From a virus (lineage: Duplodnaviria; Heunggongvirae; Uroviricota; Caudoviricetes), in the IMG/VR virus record IMGVR_UViG_3300012156_000175: 64,000 nucleotides of DNA. One strand, given 5' to 3'. Within the stretch, counting starts at the first letter, position 1. Every line of letters begins with the position of its first letter. Below the pieces are notes generated by a model. That model had not been told where the DNA came from. It did no database searches and saw only the letters and a list, made by a program, of their open reading frames with translations. A program made the translations under genes and the position numbers. Positions 46,657 to 55,563 of this stretch are shown here, piece after piece.

Positions 46657-47748
46657 ATGAATAAAATTAAAGCAATTAAGTATGAAAAAGACATTTGTTT
46701 TAAATGCCTAAATCATTTTAATGTGAAAGAAATTAAGAAAATTGAGTTTGGCCCATTAGGATATGGAGGCTATTTCGATGAGTGTTCAACTATGCTGCAG
46801 TTGTGTGAAACCTGTTTTAAAAAAGCTCCTGCATCTGTTTCCAATCCTGAATATGATCCGGAGGCAGATGATTTTCATGATGTTTATTTAAACGAAGATG
46901 AAATAGTTAAATACTTTGATTCATTGTCAGCAGAAGGACAGCAATTTGTCAAAAATGAATTTTGGCGTGGTGGGAATTATCAATTAGAGCCTCAAGACTG
47001 GTTAGATTATAATATAAATAAATGCTTACCATATGAAGCCGCCAAAGAATATGGACTATATGCGTTGGAAGAAATTGAGGCTTATGGAACAAGATTTCCT
47101 AAATGTGAGTATCCAGCCGTTAAAGTATGGAAAGATGGAAGTCGTGGCTGTTGGTGTCCATATGGAGCACATGGCAATGATGATCAAAGTACCGATCTCA
47201 ATATTTCAGAAAAATGTTACAGTTGTCATAATTTTAAAGAACGAGAAAGTGAATTGAAAGTAGTTGAAAGTAAGGATTGGAGTCGCTATGTTGATAAAGC
47301 GTTATCTGCTGCAAAAGCAAGCAGACCTATGGTATTAGAAATCATCTTATTCACCAGTTATGGAGTCGGATGTTTGCCGGAAGTAGTAAAGCCTGCAATA
47401 AATAAAAATCCGGAAGGAATGTTATTTAGAGACAGAGTCGGTGCGGTAGTAGAAGAACTGAAGAAAGCGGCTGTTGAAATAGAAAGTTCAAGAGATTATA
47501 ACGAAGAAATTGTTTCAAGAATAAAAGAGACTGGAGAGGTGGTATATTTAAAAGATCGTGATGAATATCGCTATTATGTGAATCAAGATTCTTTAAAAAA
47601 TGTATCTAAAAGTATTCGGATTGTAAAAGTTGATACAACTAAATATTGGACATTTGAGGATTATGATGGTGTTGAGGATATTCGATATATAGATTTTGAA
47701 ATAGTTGATGAATTAACTGGTTACTGTAAATTTAGTGAAAGGGACTGA
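46657..47748 (+). CDS. hypothetical Cys-rich protein (363 aa)
   Basis: RBS AAAAGGAGAACAGATAAT precedes the ATG. An N-terminal Cys cluster and a second Cys/His cluster near residue 170. Confidence 0.55.
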   Translation: MNKIKAIKYEKDICFKCLNHFNVKEIKKIEFGPLGYGGYFDECSTMLQLCETCFKKAPASVSNPEYDPEADDFHDVYLNEDEIVKYFDSLSAEGQQFVKNEFWRGGNYQLEPQDWLDYNINKCLPYEAAKEYGLYALEEIEAYGTRFPKCEYPAVKVWKDGSRGCWCPYGAHGNDDQSTDLNISEKCYSCHNFKERESELKVVESKDWSRYVDKALSAAKASRPMVLEIILFTSYGVGCLPEVVKPAINKNPEGMLFRDRVGAVVEELKKAAVEIESSRDYNEEIVSRIKETGEVVYLKDRDEYRYYVNQDSLKNVSKSIRIVKVDTTKYWTFEDYDGVEDIRYIDFEIVDELTGYCKFSERD

Positions 47749-47752
47749 TTAT

Positions 47753-48235
47753 ATGAACATAAAATTTTCGGATCAAGAATTATATTTAGATTCAAATTCA
47801 GTATTTCTCGCAGGTCCGACCCTGCGAGACAATGTTTTTGAAAATTCATGGCGAAGTGAAGCATGCAGGATACTTGAGGAACTTGGTTTTACAGGAACGA
47901 TTTACGTCCCTGAATTTAGCAAACCAAGACATTTTAGTGATGCTGATTTGGATGCTCAAGTAGAATGGGAGTGGTCCTGTTTGGGTGTTGCGGGTATAAT
48001 TGTATTCTGGGTACCAAGAGAATTAAATCTGTTACCTGGTTTTACAACAAATGTTGAATTTGGAAGGTACATCACAAAAAAGCCAGAGCAAGTTATACTA
48101 GGATATCCAGAAGAGGCTAAAAAAATGGAATATCTTAAACAATTATATATAAAAGAAACTAATAGAGAGCCGACAAATTGTTTAAAAGAAACACTTAAAC
48201 AATCACTATTACTACTTGGTTCTCATGTTAATTGA
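47753..48235 (+). CDS. nucleoside 2-deoxyribosyltransferase-like (LAGP motif) protein
   Basis: VFLAGPTLRD and a Rossmann-like pattern. Immediately upstream of pncA. Confidence 0.45.
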   Translation: MNIKFSDQELYLDSNSVFLAGPTLRDNVFENSWRSEACRILEELGFTGTIYVPEFSKPRHFSDADLDAQVEWEWSCLGVAGIIVFWVPRELNLLPGFTTNVEFGRYITKKPEQVILGYPEEAKKMEYLKQLYIKETNREPTNCLKETLKQSLLLLGSHVN

Positions 48236-48383
48236 TAAAGCATTATAGAGAAGTTGTACTTCTCTTTTTTGTTTCATGTGTTAACTATTTATCAACATAA
48301 TTAGAAAAAGAAACTTATTTTATTGTTTTTCATGTTATCACACCATATTATATTTGAACAAATCATAAAAGGAGAAATAAAAG

Positions 48384-48902
48384 ATGAAGAAAGTGTTAGT
48401 AGTGGTAGATATGCAAAACGATTTTATTACTGGTTCATTAGGAAACGATGATTGCAAGGCAGTGGTTCCACATGTTGTAAGTGAAACAAAACGATGTATA
48501 GAAGAGGGCTATGACATTATTTTTACTATGGATTCGCATGGGCAAGATTATCTTGATACACAAGAAGGGAAAAAGCTGCCAGTACCTCATTGTATTTCAG
48601 GTTCAAACGGAGAAAGGATTATTCCAGAATTAGAAATCTTCAAACCATTTTCATATTTCAAAAAACAAACTTTTGGAAGTGTGACTCTGGTTCAATCTTT
48701 GGCTAAAAGTCAATATGACGAAATTGAATTAATTGGAGTATGCAGTGAGATTTGTGTGGTTTCAAATGCACTGTTGATTAAGGCTTTTTTGCCAGAAGCC
48801 AAGGTGAAAGTAATAAGTTCCTGCTGTGCTGGAGTTACACCAGAAAGTCATAAAGCAGCATTGGAAACAATGAAAATGTGCCAAATTGAAGTGGTTTCAT
48901 AA
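48384..48902 (+). CDS. pncA: nicotinamidase / isochorismatase-family cysteine hydrolase
   Basis: VVVDMQNDF, catalytic Cys in GVCSEICV, and a K residue. 172 aa. Confidence 0.7.
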   Translation: MKKVLVVVDMQNDFITGSLGNDDCKAVVPHVVSETKRCIEEGYDIIFTMDSHGQDYLDTQEGKKLPVPHCISGSNGERIIPELEIFKPFSYFKKQTFGSVTLVQSLAKSQYDEIELIGVCSEICVVSNALLIKAFLPEAKVKVISSCCAGVTPESHKAALETMKMCQIEVVS

Positions 48903-48952
48903 AAAAACGAATTATAAATTAAGAAAAAGAATAATGAAAATGAGGTGGACTT

Positions 48953-49156
48953 GTGGATAGAAAATATATTGCTGTGTATAACTGCGATAATGGCTATACT
49001 TGTTCGTGCTGCGGAAAACAATGGGATGAAGTAGTAGAGGATATATGGGATGATGAGAGATACACAGAAGAAGATATTGTAAATTATTATAAGAAGGCAG
49101 AGCATGACGAAAAAGAATTGAGTAACGTTTATAAGGTTGAGAAGGAGTTGTGTTGA
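48953..49156 (+). CDS. small Cys-rich protein (67 aa)
   Basis: GAGGTG RBS with a TTG start. CDNGYTCSCCGKQW. Confidence 0.35.
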   Translation: MDRKYIAVYNCDNGYTCSCCGKQWDEVVEDIWDDERYTEEDIVNYYKKAEHDEKELSNVYKVEKELC

Positions 49157-49344
49157 AAGGAAAGATGATAAGAGAAAGGGAAATGATGACATGAATGAAA
49201 AAAAACGGAGATATGACGATGAAAGGCATAACAATATTCCAGAATGGACGAAAACGCAAAAAGAAAATCAGGCTAGAAACGATTTTCTTTCGTTCACAGA
49301 TAAGAAAATGAAACGATAATTAAATATTGGATGAAGGAGTAAAT

Positions 49345-49581
49345 ATGAAAATCGTTATATCAGACAAAGAGGTGTCATTGATTGAATGTCCAATAGGGCT
49401 GTTTTTAGTAGTAGATAGCGAAGAGTTATGTGTTAAGACCGAGTATGGTAATAACAATGGTGGTGTGGATTGCTATATTGTATCGAGCGGAGAATTTCTA
49501 TCGTGTGATGGGAAAACTAGAAATTTTGCAGGATGTAAAACAATCTTGGTAAGGCCGGTAACCATTGAAGGTTCAGAGTGA
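49345..49581 (+). CDS. small protein (78 aa)
   Basis: RBS GAAGGAGTAAAT precedes the ATG. Confidence 0.35.
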   Translation: MKIVISDKEVSLIECPIGLFLVVDSEELCVKTEYGNNNGGVDCYIVSSGEFLSCDGKTRNFAGCKTILVRPVTIEGSE

Positions 49582-49604
49582 ATTAGAATTTATGGAGGTT
49601 AGAA

Positions 49605-49763
49605 ATGAACAATGAGCAATGGACAGCGGACGGTAAATGTAATGTGTGTCGCAGGAAAAATTACTGTAATAACCCATGCAAGGCAGCAAAGGAAAGACAG
49701 CAATATGAACTCAGATGCGCAGTGAGCCGGGCAATGTTTGAAACAATGATAAAGTCAAAGTAG
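49605..49763 (+). CDS. small Cys-rich basic protein (52 aa)
   Basis: RBS TATGGAGGTTAGAA precedes the ATG. CNVCRRKNYCNNPC. Confidence 0.3.
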   Translation: MNNEQWTADGKCNVCRRKNYCNNPCKAAKERQQYELRCAVSRAMFETMIKSK

Positions 49764-49863
49764 TAAAGTAACTAAATTAAAGTTTTAAAAGAGAGAATGA
49801 ACCATGGACGACGGTGGCAATAAAAATGATTATCGGAGGAATGACTAAGAAAGGAGTTATAAC

Positions 49864-50034
49864 ATGGACATAGAGTCAGTCTGTGGGAACTGTGGCGAAA
49901 CAGTCACTGAAACCATATATAAAGAAGAAATACATACTGTAGAGGAGCATTATGATTGTCATAATTGCGGATATAGATATCATTGGGCTTATGGTTTGCT
50001 TCTCCCGGAATCAACAGATTATCCCGAAGATTAA
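49864..50034 (+). CDS. small zinc-ribbon protein (56 aa)
   Basis: RBS AAAGGAGTTATAAC precedes the ATG. CGNCG…CHNCG. Confidence 0.35.
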   Translation: MDIESVCGNCGETVTETIYKEEIHTVEEHYDCHNCGYRYHWAYGLLLPESTDYPED

Positions 50035-50136
50035 TTTTTAGAGTGATGAAAGAATAAAATCTCTAATGTTGATATGAACTAGAGAATCATTAAATAAAAA
50101 GAATACCTTGTGAAAGAATAGATTGGAGAAAAAACA

Positions 50137-51594
50137 ATGAAACAAAGTAGAGAAAGAAATTTATCAATGGTAATGGATTTTTATGAAATGACTATGTGCA
50201 ATGGATACTTCAAAGCAGTGGACCATGAAACCAAGGTGGCGTTTGAAGTGTTTTATAGGAAGAATCCAGACAATGGAGGATTTGCTATTTTTGCAGGTCT
50301 GAAGCAAATCATTGAATATATTCAAGATTTACATTTTACGGATGATGATATTGAATATTTCAGACAGCAGAATCTGTTTGATGAGGATTTTCTTAAGTAT
50401 TTGCAGAACTTTAAATTTACTGGTGATGTGTGGGCTTTTCAGGAAGGTGAAATTATGTATCCAAACGAGCCAGTAATCACGGTGATTGCACCATTATTAG
50501 AAGCACAGCTGGTAGAAACAGCAATTTTATTGGAGTTTAATCATCAGTCTCTAATTGCGACCAAAACAAATCGTATTGTGGAAGCTGCTGATGGAAGAAC
50601 TGTCTCTGATTTTGGAGCTCGCCGGGCTCATAATGTGGATGCAGCAGTATACGGAGCCAGAGCGGCTTATATTGGTGGAGCAAGTAGCACAGCTACAGTT
50701 TTGGCTGGTCAGATGTTTGGAATTCCAATCAATGGAACAACGGCTCATAGTTGGGTGATGTTTTTTCCAGATGAATATAGTGCATTTAAGGCTTATGCCG
50801 AGGTTTATCCAAACGCAACAACCTTGCTAGTTGATACTTATGATGTATTACGAAGTGGCGTGCCAAATGCTATCCGGGTTGCTAAGGAAGTATTAGAGCC
50901 TATGGGTTGCCGGTTAAAAGGAATTCGATTAGATAGTGGTGATTTGGCATATCTATCTAAAATAGCAAGAAAAACGCTGGATGAATCCGGATTAACTGAT
51001 TGTAAGATTGTGGCATCCAATTCTCTGGACGAATTCACAATTCGTTCTTTACTGAATCAAGGTGCGCAGATTGATATCTTTGGAGTTGGAGAAAGATTAA
51101 TTACCGCCAAATCAGACCCTGTCTTTGGCGGTGTCTATAAGCTTTGTGCTGTAGAAAAGGATGGAATTTTTGAGCCAAGAATTAAAATTTCAGAAAATAT
51201 TGAGAAAGTAACAAATCCTGGACTAAAGCGTGTCTGGAGAATTGTTAATAAAGAAGGATATGGCATTGGAGAGTTATTAACTTTATGGGATGAAAATCCA
51301 AATAGTGATGAGTCTTATGAAGTAGTGGATACCAGAAATCCATATAAAAAGGTAGTTTTGGATCATTGCACCTTTGAACCAGTTCAGAAATTATTTATTC
51401 ACCATGGAGAAGAAACTCCGGATTGGGAATGTCAAAAAGAATATGACATCTCATTTATTAGAGACAAAGTAAGAGTCAAAGTTAATGCTAAGGTGTGGGA
51501 AGAGGAAAAACGTTTTGAAAATCCGCATTTACACTATTTGGATATGTCACCGGCATTATATAAGTTGAAAATAGATTTATTAAATGCCCATTAG
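50137..51594 (+). CDS. pncB: nicotinate phosphoribosyltransferase
   Basis: 485 aa. Firmicutes PncB-type N-terminus (MDFYEMTMCNGYF), and the typical pncA-pncB neighbourhood. Confidence 0.85.
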   Translation: MKQSRERNLSMVMDFYEMTMCNGYFKAVDHETKVAFEVFYRKNPDNGGFAIFAGLKQIIEYIQDLHFTDDDIEYFRQQNLFDEDFLKYLQNFKFTGDVWAFQEGEIMYPNEPVITVIAPLLEAQLVETAILLEFNHQSLIATKTNRIVEAADGRTVSDFGARRAHNVDAAVYGARAAYIGGASSTATVLAGQMFGIPINGTTAHSWVMFFPDEYSAFKAYAEVYPNATTLLVDTYDVLRSGVPNAIRVAKEVLEPMGCRLKGIRLDSGDLAYLSKIARKTLDESGLTDCKIVASNSLDEFTIRSLLNQGAQIDIFGVGERLITAKSDPVFGGVYKLCAVEKDGIFEPRIKISENIEKVTNPGLKRVWRIVNKEGYGIGELLTLWDENPNSDESYEVVDTRNPYKKVVLDHCTFEPVQKLFIHHGEETPDWECQKEYDISFIRDKVRVKVNAKVWEEEKRFENPHLHYLDMSPALYKLKIDLLNAH

Positions 51595-51662
51595 ATAAAA
51601 GACTGCATAAGCAGTCTTTTTTTATATATCTTTTTGACATTATATATATGGAGGTGATTTTC

Positions 51663-52376
51663 ATGCGGATAAAGAATGTAAATTTAGAGCATTTTAAAAA
51701 TGAACCATATCAAAAATATCGAGACTATTTATATAACCTATTAGAAGAAAAGGGTTCTGGGATAGTGGATACGCTATTAAAGAATCCTTCAGCATCAAAC
51801 TTGTCGGAAACTTCTTGGCAACATATAGAAAGAAGACATGTAGATATGTCAGAAAAGGATATGGTTGATTTAACATTAAAGACAGGACAAGTACAAGGCA
51901 TTTTTGCAACAGCATATGATTGTGAACCAATGGATCATGAGGATATTAAAGATACATTATATACAGCTTTATGGGATTTGGCTGAAAAGATAGCTCAGGA
52001 ATTCGTTGATTATGCAGTTCCATTCGAACATCCTTTTATTTACAATGTAGGATCTTTTATTGGATATGGGATAAATGAAAAATTTAATCTAGTAAGAGCA
52101 GATTCCATTGATATTATTATCAAATTGAGCGATGACCCATTTTCTGAAACAGGAATAGAGATTGCTACAGCCTATCCATCAATATATGATACAGGTGATA
52201 TCATTAAAAACAAAGATGCATTAAAAAAGGAATATGGATTACATGAAAACGATATGATTAGATATAAAAACAGACAAAAAAACAGAAATAGTATAAAGCA
52301 TGTAAAAGAATTAAACAAAGGTGAAAGGTTGGGAAATATTAAGCAAACTTTCATGGAAAATATTATGAGGAGTTAG
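51663..52376 (+). CDS. hypothetical protein
   Basis: RBS TATGGAGGTGATTTTC precedes the ATG. Confidence 0.5.
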   Translation: MRIKNVNLEHFKNEPYQKYRDYLYNLLEEKGSGIVDTLLKNPSASNLSETSWQHIERRHVDMSEKDMVDLTLKTGQVQGIFATAYDCEPMDHEDIKDTLYTALWDLAEKIAQEFVDYAVPFEHPFIYNVGSFIGYGINEKFNLVRADSIDIIIKLSDDPFSETGIEIATAYPSIYDTGDIIKNKDALKKEYGLHENDMIRYKNRQKNRNSIKHVKELNKGERLGNIKQTFMENIMRS

Positions 52377-52422
52377 TTTACTTTTTTAAAATTTACATTA
52401 TAATATATAGAGAGGTGATGAT

Positions 52423-52833
52423 ATGAATATTGAGATAAAAGATAGTATTATTGAAGAGATTGGTGATTTACCAGAGAAATTAAATTCGAATTTACATGAT
52501 TTTTTAATAACAGCGATTAGAAATCAAATAAATATCAGTAAGGTAGTATTAGAAGAAGATCTTTTTGAAACCGAAGAGTTTCACGAATATCCAATTCTTC
52601 AACACGAGGCTGGCCGCCTTATGAAAGCCTTAAAAAACAAAGGGATAGAAGCTAAATTGATTATCAATCCTGAAGATAAGAAAGACATAAAGATTAAAGC
52701 TAAAGTATCTAGTAAAGATTTTGGGTATGTAAAGTCAATATCAAGAAATCATGATTTGCTTATTTTAGGGCCGCCAGAGGAAATGCGAACTGGAAATAAA
52801 ATGAGCCAGCTGCACAGAATGTATAATAACTAA
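52423..52833 (+). CDS. hypothetical protein
   Basis: RBS AGAGAGGTGATGAT precedes the ATG. Confidence 0.5.
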   Translation: MNIEIKDSIIEEIGDLPEKLNSNLHDFLITAIRNQINISKVVLEEDLFETEEFHEYPILQHEAGRLMKALKNKGIEAKLIINPEDKKDIKIKAKVSSKDFGYVKSISRNHDLLILGPPEEMRTGNKMSQLHRMYNN

Positions 52834-52920
52834 AAGAGAGGATTATCTCTTTTTTTTTATTTAAAATATAATTTATACATATTATTATTAATATATGCGA
52901 GGAAAGGGAGATGTCTAGTA

Positions 52921-54006
52921 ATGAAAAAAATAAAAACCTTAGCAGTAACAATGATTTTTTTAGTATTATTTAGTTTCGCCGCTTTTGCCGAAACCAAAAT
53001 CACTTCAGCTTCAATTACAATGAGGGAGTCAAAGGCGGATGCAGGGCAGATTTATGAAGTAGAGCTATATGTAAGTTCCAGTTACTATGAAATGACAAAT
53101 TGTGAATTGTCGAAAGACTATAGTGAGTGGAAACCAGGAAGTAAGGTAACATATAGTATTACTCTCGAACCCAAAGATGGGTATAAATTTGATGCGTCAA
53201 AACTTAAAAAGATTTCAGTGACAAATGGTGAAGTGGCCAGTAAAAGTATAAAAAGCAATAAAATTACGTTAAAAGTAAATTACGTTCCAAAGATAACCTT
53301 AGAAACGCCTCAGAATATCTATTTTGAAAATGAATATTTAGCTGTGTGGGATAAAGTTGATTACTGTAAGATGTATGAAGTTCAAATTCTGAAGGAAAAT
53401 GATAGTGGTGATTACAGAAATTACAAAACAGTTAAGGTGACAACACCAAAGATTGATTTATCTGTCTATGCTACAGATGAATATGAAATCAGTTTCAAGG
53501 TTAGAGCCATAGCCAAAGATTCGGATCAGTCAAAATATCTTAAATCGTCAGAATGGATTAGCACAAATGATTCGGTTTCCGCTGATAATAATACTTCATA
53601 TGGTACTTTTTCCGGAAGTGGTGATAATATGACTTTTAAAGATTCAGACGGAAAAGTCTCTGGATGGCAGCAACTTAATGGTAATTGGTATTATTTCGAT
53701 CCTAACAATGGCATGAAAGCAGTTGTGTCGAATTGGGTGTATCGGAATAATAAATGGTTCTATTGTAATGACTATGGAATTATGCAGACTGGTTGGTTAC
53801 AGCTTAATGGATATTGGTACTATTTGAACCCTGTTTCTGATGGAACAAGAGGTGCTGCTGTTACAGGATGGTTTTGTGTTGGTCCTAGTGGTCCATGGTA
53901 TTATTTCCAAGAGGGTGCCGAGGGAACCATTCCAGAATGTGCAATGTATGCTGATAGAACTACTCCAGACGGATATTATGTAGATGGAAGTGGTGTTTGG
54001 CAATAA
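52921..54006 (+). CDS. secreted cell-wall-binding repeat protein
   Basis: Signal peptide MKKIKTLAVTMIFLVLFSFAAFA. C-terminal GW/YY repeats (GWQQLNGNWYYFDPNNG, GWLQLNGYWYYLNP). Confidence 0.65.
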   Translation: MKKIKTLAVTMIFLVLFSFAAFAETKITSASITMRESKADAGQIYEVELYVSSSYYEMTNCELSKDYSEWKPGSKVTYSITLEPKDGYKFDASKLKKISVTNGEVASKSIKSNKITLKVNYVPKITLETPQNIYFENEYLAVWDKVDYCKMYEVQILKENDSGDYRNYKTVKVTTPKIDLSVYATDEYEISFKVRAIAKDSDQSKYLKSSEWISTNDSVSADNNTSYGTFSGSGDNMTFKDSDGKVSGWQQLNGNWYYFDPNNGMKAVVSNWVYRNNKWFYCNDYGIMQTGWLQLNGYWYYLNPVSDGTRGAAVTGWFCVGPSGPWYYFQEGAEGTIPECAMYADRTTPDGYYVDGSGVWQ

Positions 54007-54010
54007 TTTT

Positions 54011-54038
54011 TAAAAGCTGAAATTAATCAGCTTTTTTA
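54011..54038 (+). terminator. rho-independent terminator (AAAAGCTGAAATTAATCAGCTTTT)
   Basis: Hairpin plus T-run. Confidence 0.55.
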
Positions 54039-54380
54039 TTTTATAAAATATTTTCATAAAAATAGGTTACATTTTCATTTAAATCAATCATAATATATTT
54101 AGAATACAAAAAGTGTTAGATGCTGTCCATACATTTGTCTATTTGAGCAAACAAGTTCGTGGTTGTGCCCTGACAACCATAAATAATAGATGACAAGCTT
54201 CCACCCTTAAAGAATTAATGCCAGGGAATCAATCAGCTCATGTGCTTACAGCAAAAAAATGAAAGGAAAATAAAACTATGTTAAAAATAACTATCGTAGA
54301 CAACATTATTAATGTTCCAGTAGTAGCTATGCATAATGATATGGATAGATTTTTTGGCATGGATATTTTCGCTTTTCATT

Positions 54381-54409
54381 TTGACCGAAGAAAGACCAAT
54401 AATATGAAT
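54381..54409 (+). promoter_or_regulatory. putative sigma-A promoter for the tRNA array (TTGACC - 17 nt - ATGAAT)
   Basis: A -35 consensus hexamer and a weak -10, about 60 nt upstream of the first tRNA. Confidence 0.2.
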
Positions 54410-54470
54410 ATAAGTTATCAAGGATAACTACATAAACATATTTGAGTCGCTTCGGCGGCTCTATTTTTTT

Positions 54471-54543
54471 GGCTTTGTAGGAGAATGGTTAATCCGTCCG
54501 GCTGTCGCCCGGAAGATTGTGGGTTCGAGTCCCATCAAAGTCG
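54471..54543 (+). tRNA. tRNA-Asp (GTC)
   Basis: Acceptor GGCTTTG/CAAAGTC (one G-U), anticodon loop CTGTCGC, T-arm GTGGG-TTCGAGT-CCCAT, discriminator G. The D-stem has one mismatch. Confidence 0.7.
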
Positions 54544-54547
54544 TTAA

Positions 54548-54619
54548 TCCCAGGTAGCTCAACGGTAGAGCATCTGGCTGTTAACCAGAGGGATGCAGGT
54601 TCGAGTCCTGCCCTTGGAG
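54548..54619 (+). tRNA. tRNA-Asn (GTT)
   Basis: U1:A72 start as in Firmicutes Asn. D-arm GCTC-AACGGTA-GAGC, anticodon loop CTGTTAA, T-arm GCAGG-TTCGAGT-CCTGC. C4:U69 mismatch in the acceptor. Confidence 0.7.
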
Positions 54620-54623
54620 CTTT

Positions 54624-54696
54624 GGATTGGTAGATCAGTTGGTAAAGCAGAGCGCTGAAAATTCTCGTGCATCTGATCCGATTCCAGTCCGACCCT
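54624..54696 (+). pseudogene. degenerate tRNA-Phe-like element (tRNA pseudogene)
   Basis: Starts GGATTGG-TA-GATC-AGTTGGTAAA like the intact Phe gene at 55257 and retains the CTGAAAA anticodon loop. The D-stem, anticodon stem and T-arm cannot be paired. Confidence 0.3.
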
Positions 54697-54768
54697 GTCC
54701 TCATAGTTCAATGGATAGAACATGGGTCTTCTAAACCTAAAATAAGAGTTCGATTCTCTTTGAGGACA
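54697..54768 (+). tRNA. tRNA-Arg (TCT)
   Basis: Perfect acceptor GTCCTCA/TGAGGAC, D-arm GTTC-AATGGATA-GAAC, anticodon loop CTTCTAA, T-arm AAGAG-TTCGATT-CTCTT. Confidence 0.8.
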
Positions 54769-54771
54769 TCT

Positions 54772-54847
54772 TGGGATGTAGTTCAGTTGGCAGAATGCCT
54801 GATTTGGTTTTATTGTGATGTTGTGGGTTTGAAATATGACATTCCAG
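54772..54847 (+). pseudogene. degenerate tRNA-like element (tRNA-Pro-like 5-prime half; the acceptor ends still pair, the anticodon and T arms are destroyed)
   Basis: TGGGATG-TA-GTTC-AGTTGGCA-GAAT-G-CCTGA-TTTGG matches the 5-prime half of tRNA-Pro(TGG) at 55099. The 3-prime end CATTCCA pairs with the 5-prime end. There is no valid anticodon stem or T stem. Confidence 0.3.
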
Positions 54848-54944
54848 ATTACATTACAACTATATCTGTAGATTATGGTAAAGAACACTGCATGGGAAGC
54901 ACTAGTTTAAGCTCAGACAGGAGTGTTTAGTAACAAATATTTTC

Positions 54945-55017
54945 GGGACCATAGTTCTAATGGGAGAACAGCTGCTTTGCAAGCAGACGGTTGAGGGTTC
55001 AAGTCCCTCTGGTTCCA
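54945..55017 (+). tRNA. tRNA-Ala (TGC)
   Basis: G3:U70 identity pair present. Anticodon loop TTTGCAA. T-arm GAGGG-TTCAAGT-CCCTC. Discriminator A. Confidence 0.8.
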
Positions 55018-55021
55018 CTTT

Positions 55022-55094
55022 GCCCGATTAGCTCAACTGGGAGAGTGCTTCCCTTACAAGGAAGAAGTTGCAGGTTCAAACCCTGCATCGGGTA
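55022..55094 (+). tRNA. tRNA-Val (TAC)
   Basis: Acceptor GCCCGAT/ATCGGGT, D-arm GCTC-AACTGGGA-GAGT, anticodon loop CTTACAA, T-arm GCAGG-TTCAAAC-CCTGC. Confidence 0.8.
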
Positions 55095-55098
55095 CTAA

Positions 55099-55173
55099 CG
55101 GAATGTAGGGTAATTGGTAACCCGCCTGATTTGGGATCAGGACATATTGCAGGTTCGAGACCTGTCATTCCGA
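55099..55173 (+). tRNA. tRNA-Pro (TGG), unusual 7-nt variable loop
   Basis: Perfect acceptor CGGAATG/CATTCCG, D-arm GGGT-AATTGGTA-ACCC, anticodon stem-loop CCTGA-TTTGGGA-TCAGG, variable ACATATT, T-arm GCAGG-TTCGAGA-CCTGT. Confidence 0.7.
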
Positions 55174-55178
55174 TGTTT

Positions 55179-55252
55179 AGTGGATTAGTTCAGTTGGTTA
55201 GAATGTCCGTCTGATAAGCGGGAGGTCACCAGTTCGACTCTGGTATCCACTA
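55179..55252 (+). tRNA. tRNA-Ile (GAT)
   Basis: Perfect acceptor AGTGGAT/ATCCACT, D-arm GTTC-AGTTGGTTA-GAAT, anticodon loop CTGATAA, T-arm ACCAG-TTCGACT-CTGGT. Confidence 0.8.
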
Positions 55253-55256
55253 TTAA

Positions 55257-55329
55257 GGATTGTAAGCTAATCTGGTGAAAGCACTGGACTGAAAATCCAG
55301 GGAGCCAGGATCGAAACCTGGACAATCCA
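55257..55329 (+). tRNA. tRNA-Phe (GAA), atypical T-loop (A at position 54)
   Basis: Perfect acceptor GGATTGT/ACAATCC, anticodon stem-loop CTGGA-CTGAAAA-TCCAG, T-arm CCAGG-ATCGAAA-CCTGG. The D-stem is only 3 bp. Confidence 0.7.
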
Positions 55330-55333
55330 TTAT

Positions 55334-55405
55334 GCAGATGTAGTTTAGTGGCTAAAACGTTACCTTGCCAAGGTGAAATTGAGGGTTCGATTCCCTTCAT
55401 TTGCT
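55334..55405 (+). tRNA. tRNA-Gly (GCC)
   Basis: Perfect acceptor GCAGATG/CATTTGC, D-arm GTTT-AGTGGCTA-AAAC, anticodon loop TTGCCAA, T-arm GAGGG-TTCGATT-CCCTT. Confidence 0.8.
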
Positions 55406-55408
55406 TAT

Positions 55409-55482
55409 ATCAGTATAGCTTAGTAGGTTAAAGCATCAGATTCATATCCTGAAGACCGCTGGTTCGATTCCAGCTACTGATA
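55409..55482 (+). tRNA. tRNA-Met/Ile2 (CAT), A31:C39 mismatch in the anticodon stem
   Basis: Perfect acceptor ATCAGTA/TACTGAT, D-arm GCTT-AGTAGGTTA-AAGC, anticodon loop TTCATAT, T-arm GCTGG-TTCGATT-CCAGC. The A1:U72 pair is not the initiator type. Confidence 0.7.
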
Positions 55483-55489
55483 CTTTTTA

Positions 55490-55561
55490 TGCAATTTAGT
55501 TAAATGGATAGAACAAAGGTTTCCTAAACTTTAAATATGGGTTCGATTCCCATAATTGCAA
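55490..55561 (+). tRNA. tRNA-Arg (CCT)
   Basis: Perfect acceptor TGCAATT/AATTGCA, anticodon stem-loop AAGGT-TTCCTAA-ACTTT, T-arm ATGGG-TTCGATT-CCCAT. Confidence 0.75.
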
Positions 55562-55563
55562 CT

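Noticed and set aside
21831-51594. A phage-type NARP1 NAD-reconstitution operon (Adps plus Namat)
   Set aside because: The Prs-like gene and the PncB-type phosphoribosyltransferase are 28 kb apart. The latter has a canonical pncA partner and Firmicutes PncB-like N-terminus. Only the orphan Prs-like gene remains as a separate finding.
54489-54930. ORFs 54489..54704, 54559..54888 and 54667..54930 inside the tRNA array
   Set aside because: They overlap confidently folded tRNA genes. Artefacts of stop-poor GC-richer tRNA sequence.
54772-54944. Intron-containing tRNA-Pro (group I intron in the anticodon loop)
   Set aside because: No 3-prime half (anticodon 3-prime stem, T-arm) could be found downstream before tRNA-Ala, and the spacer is too short for a group I intron. 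Interpreted as a decayed tRNA copy.
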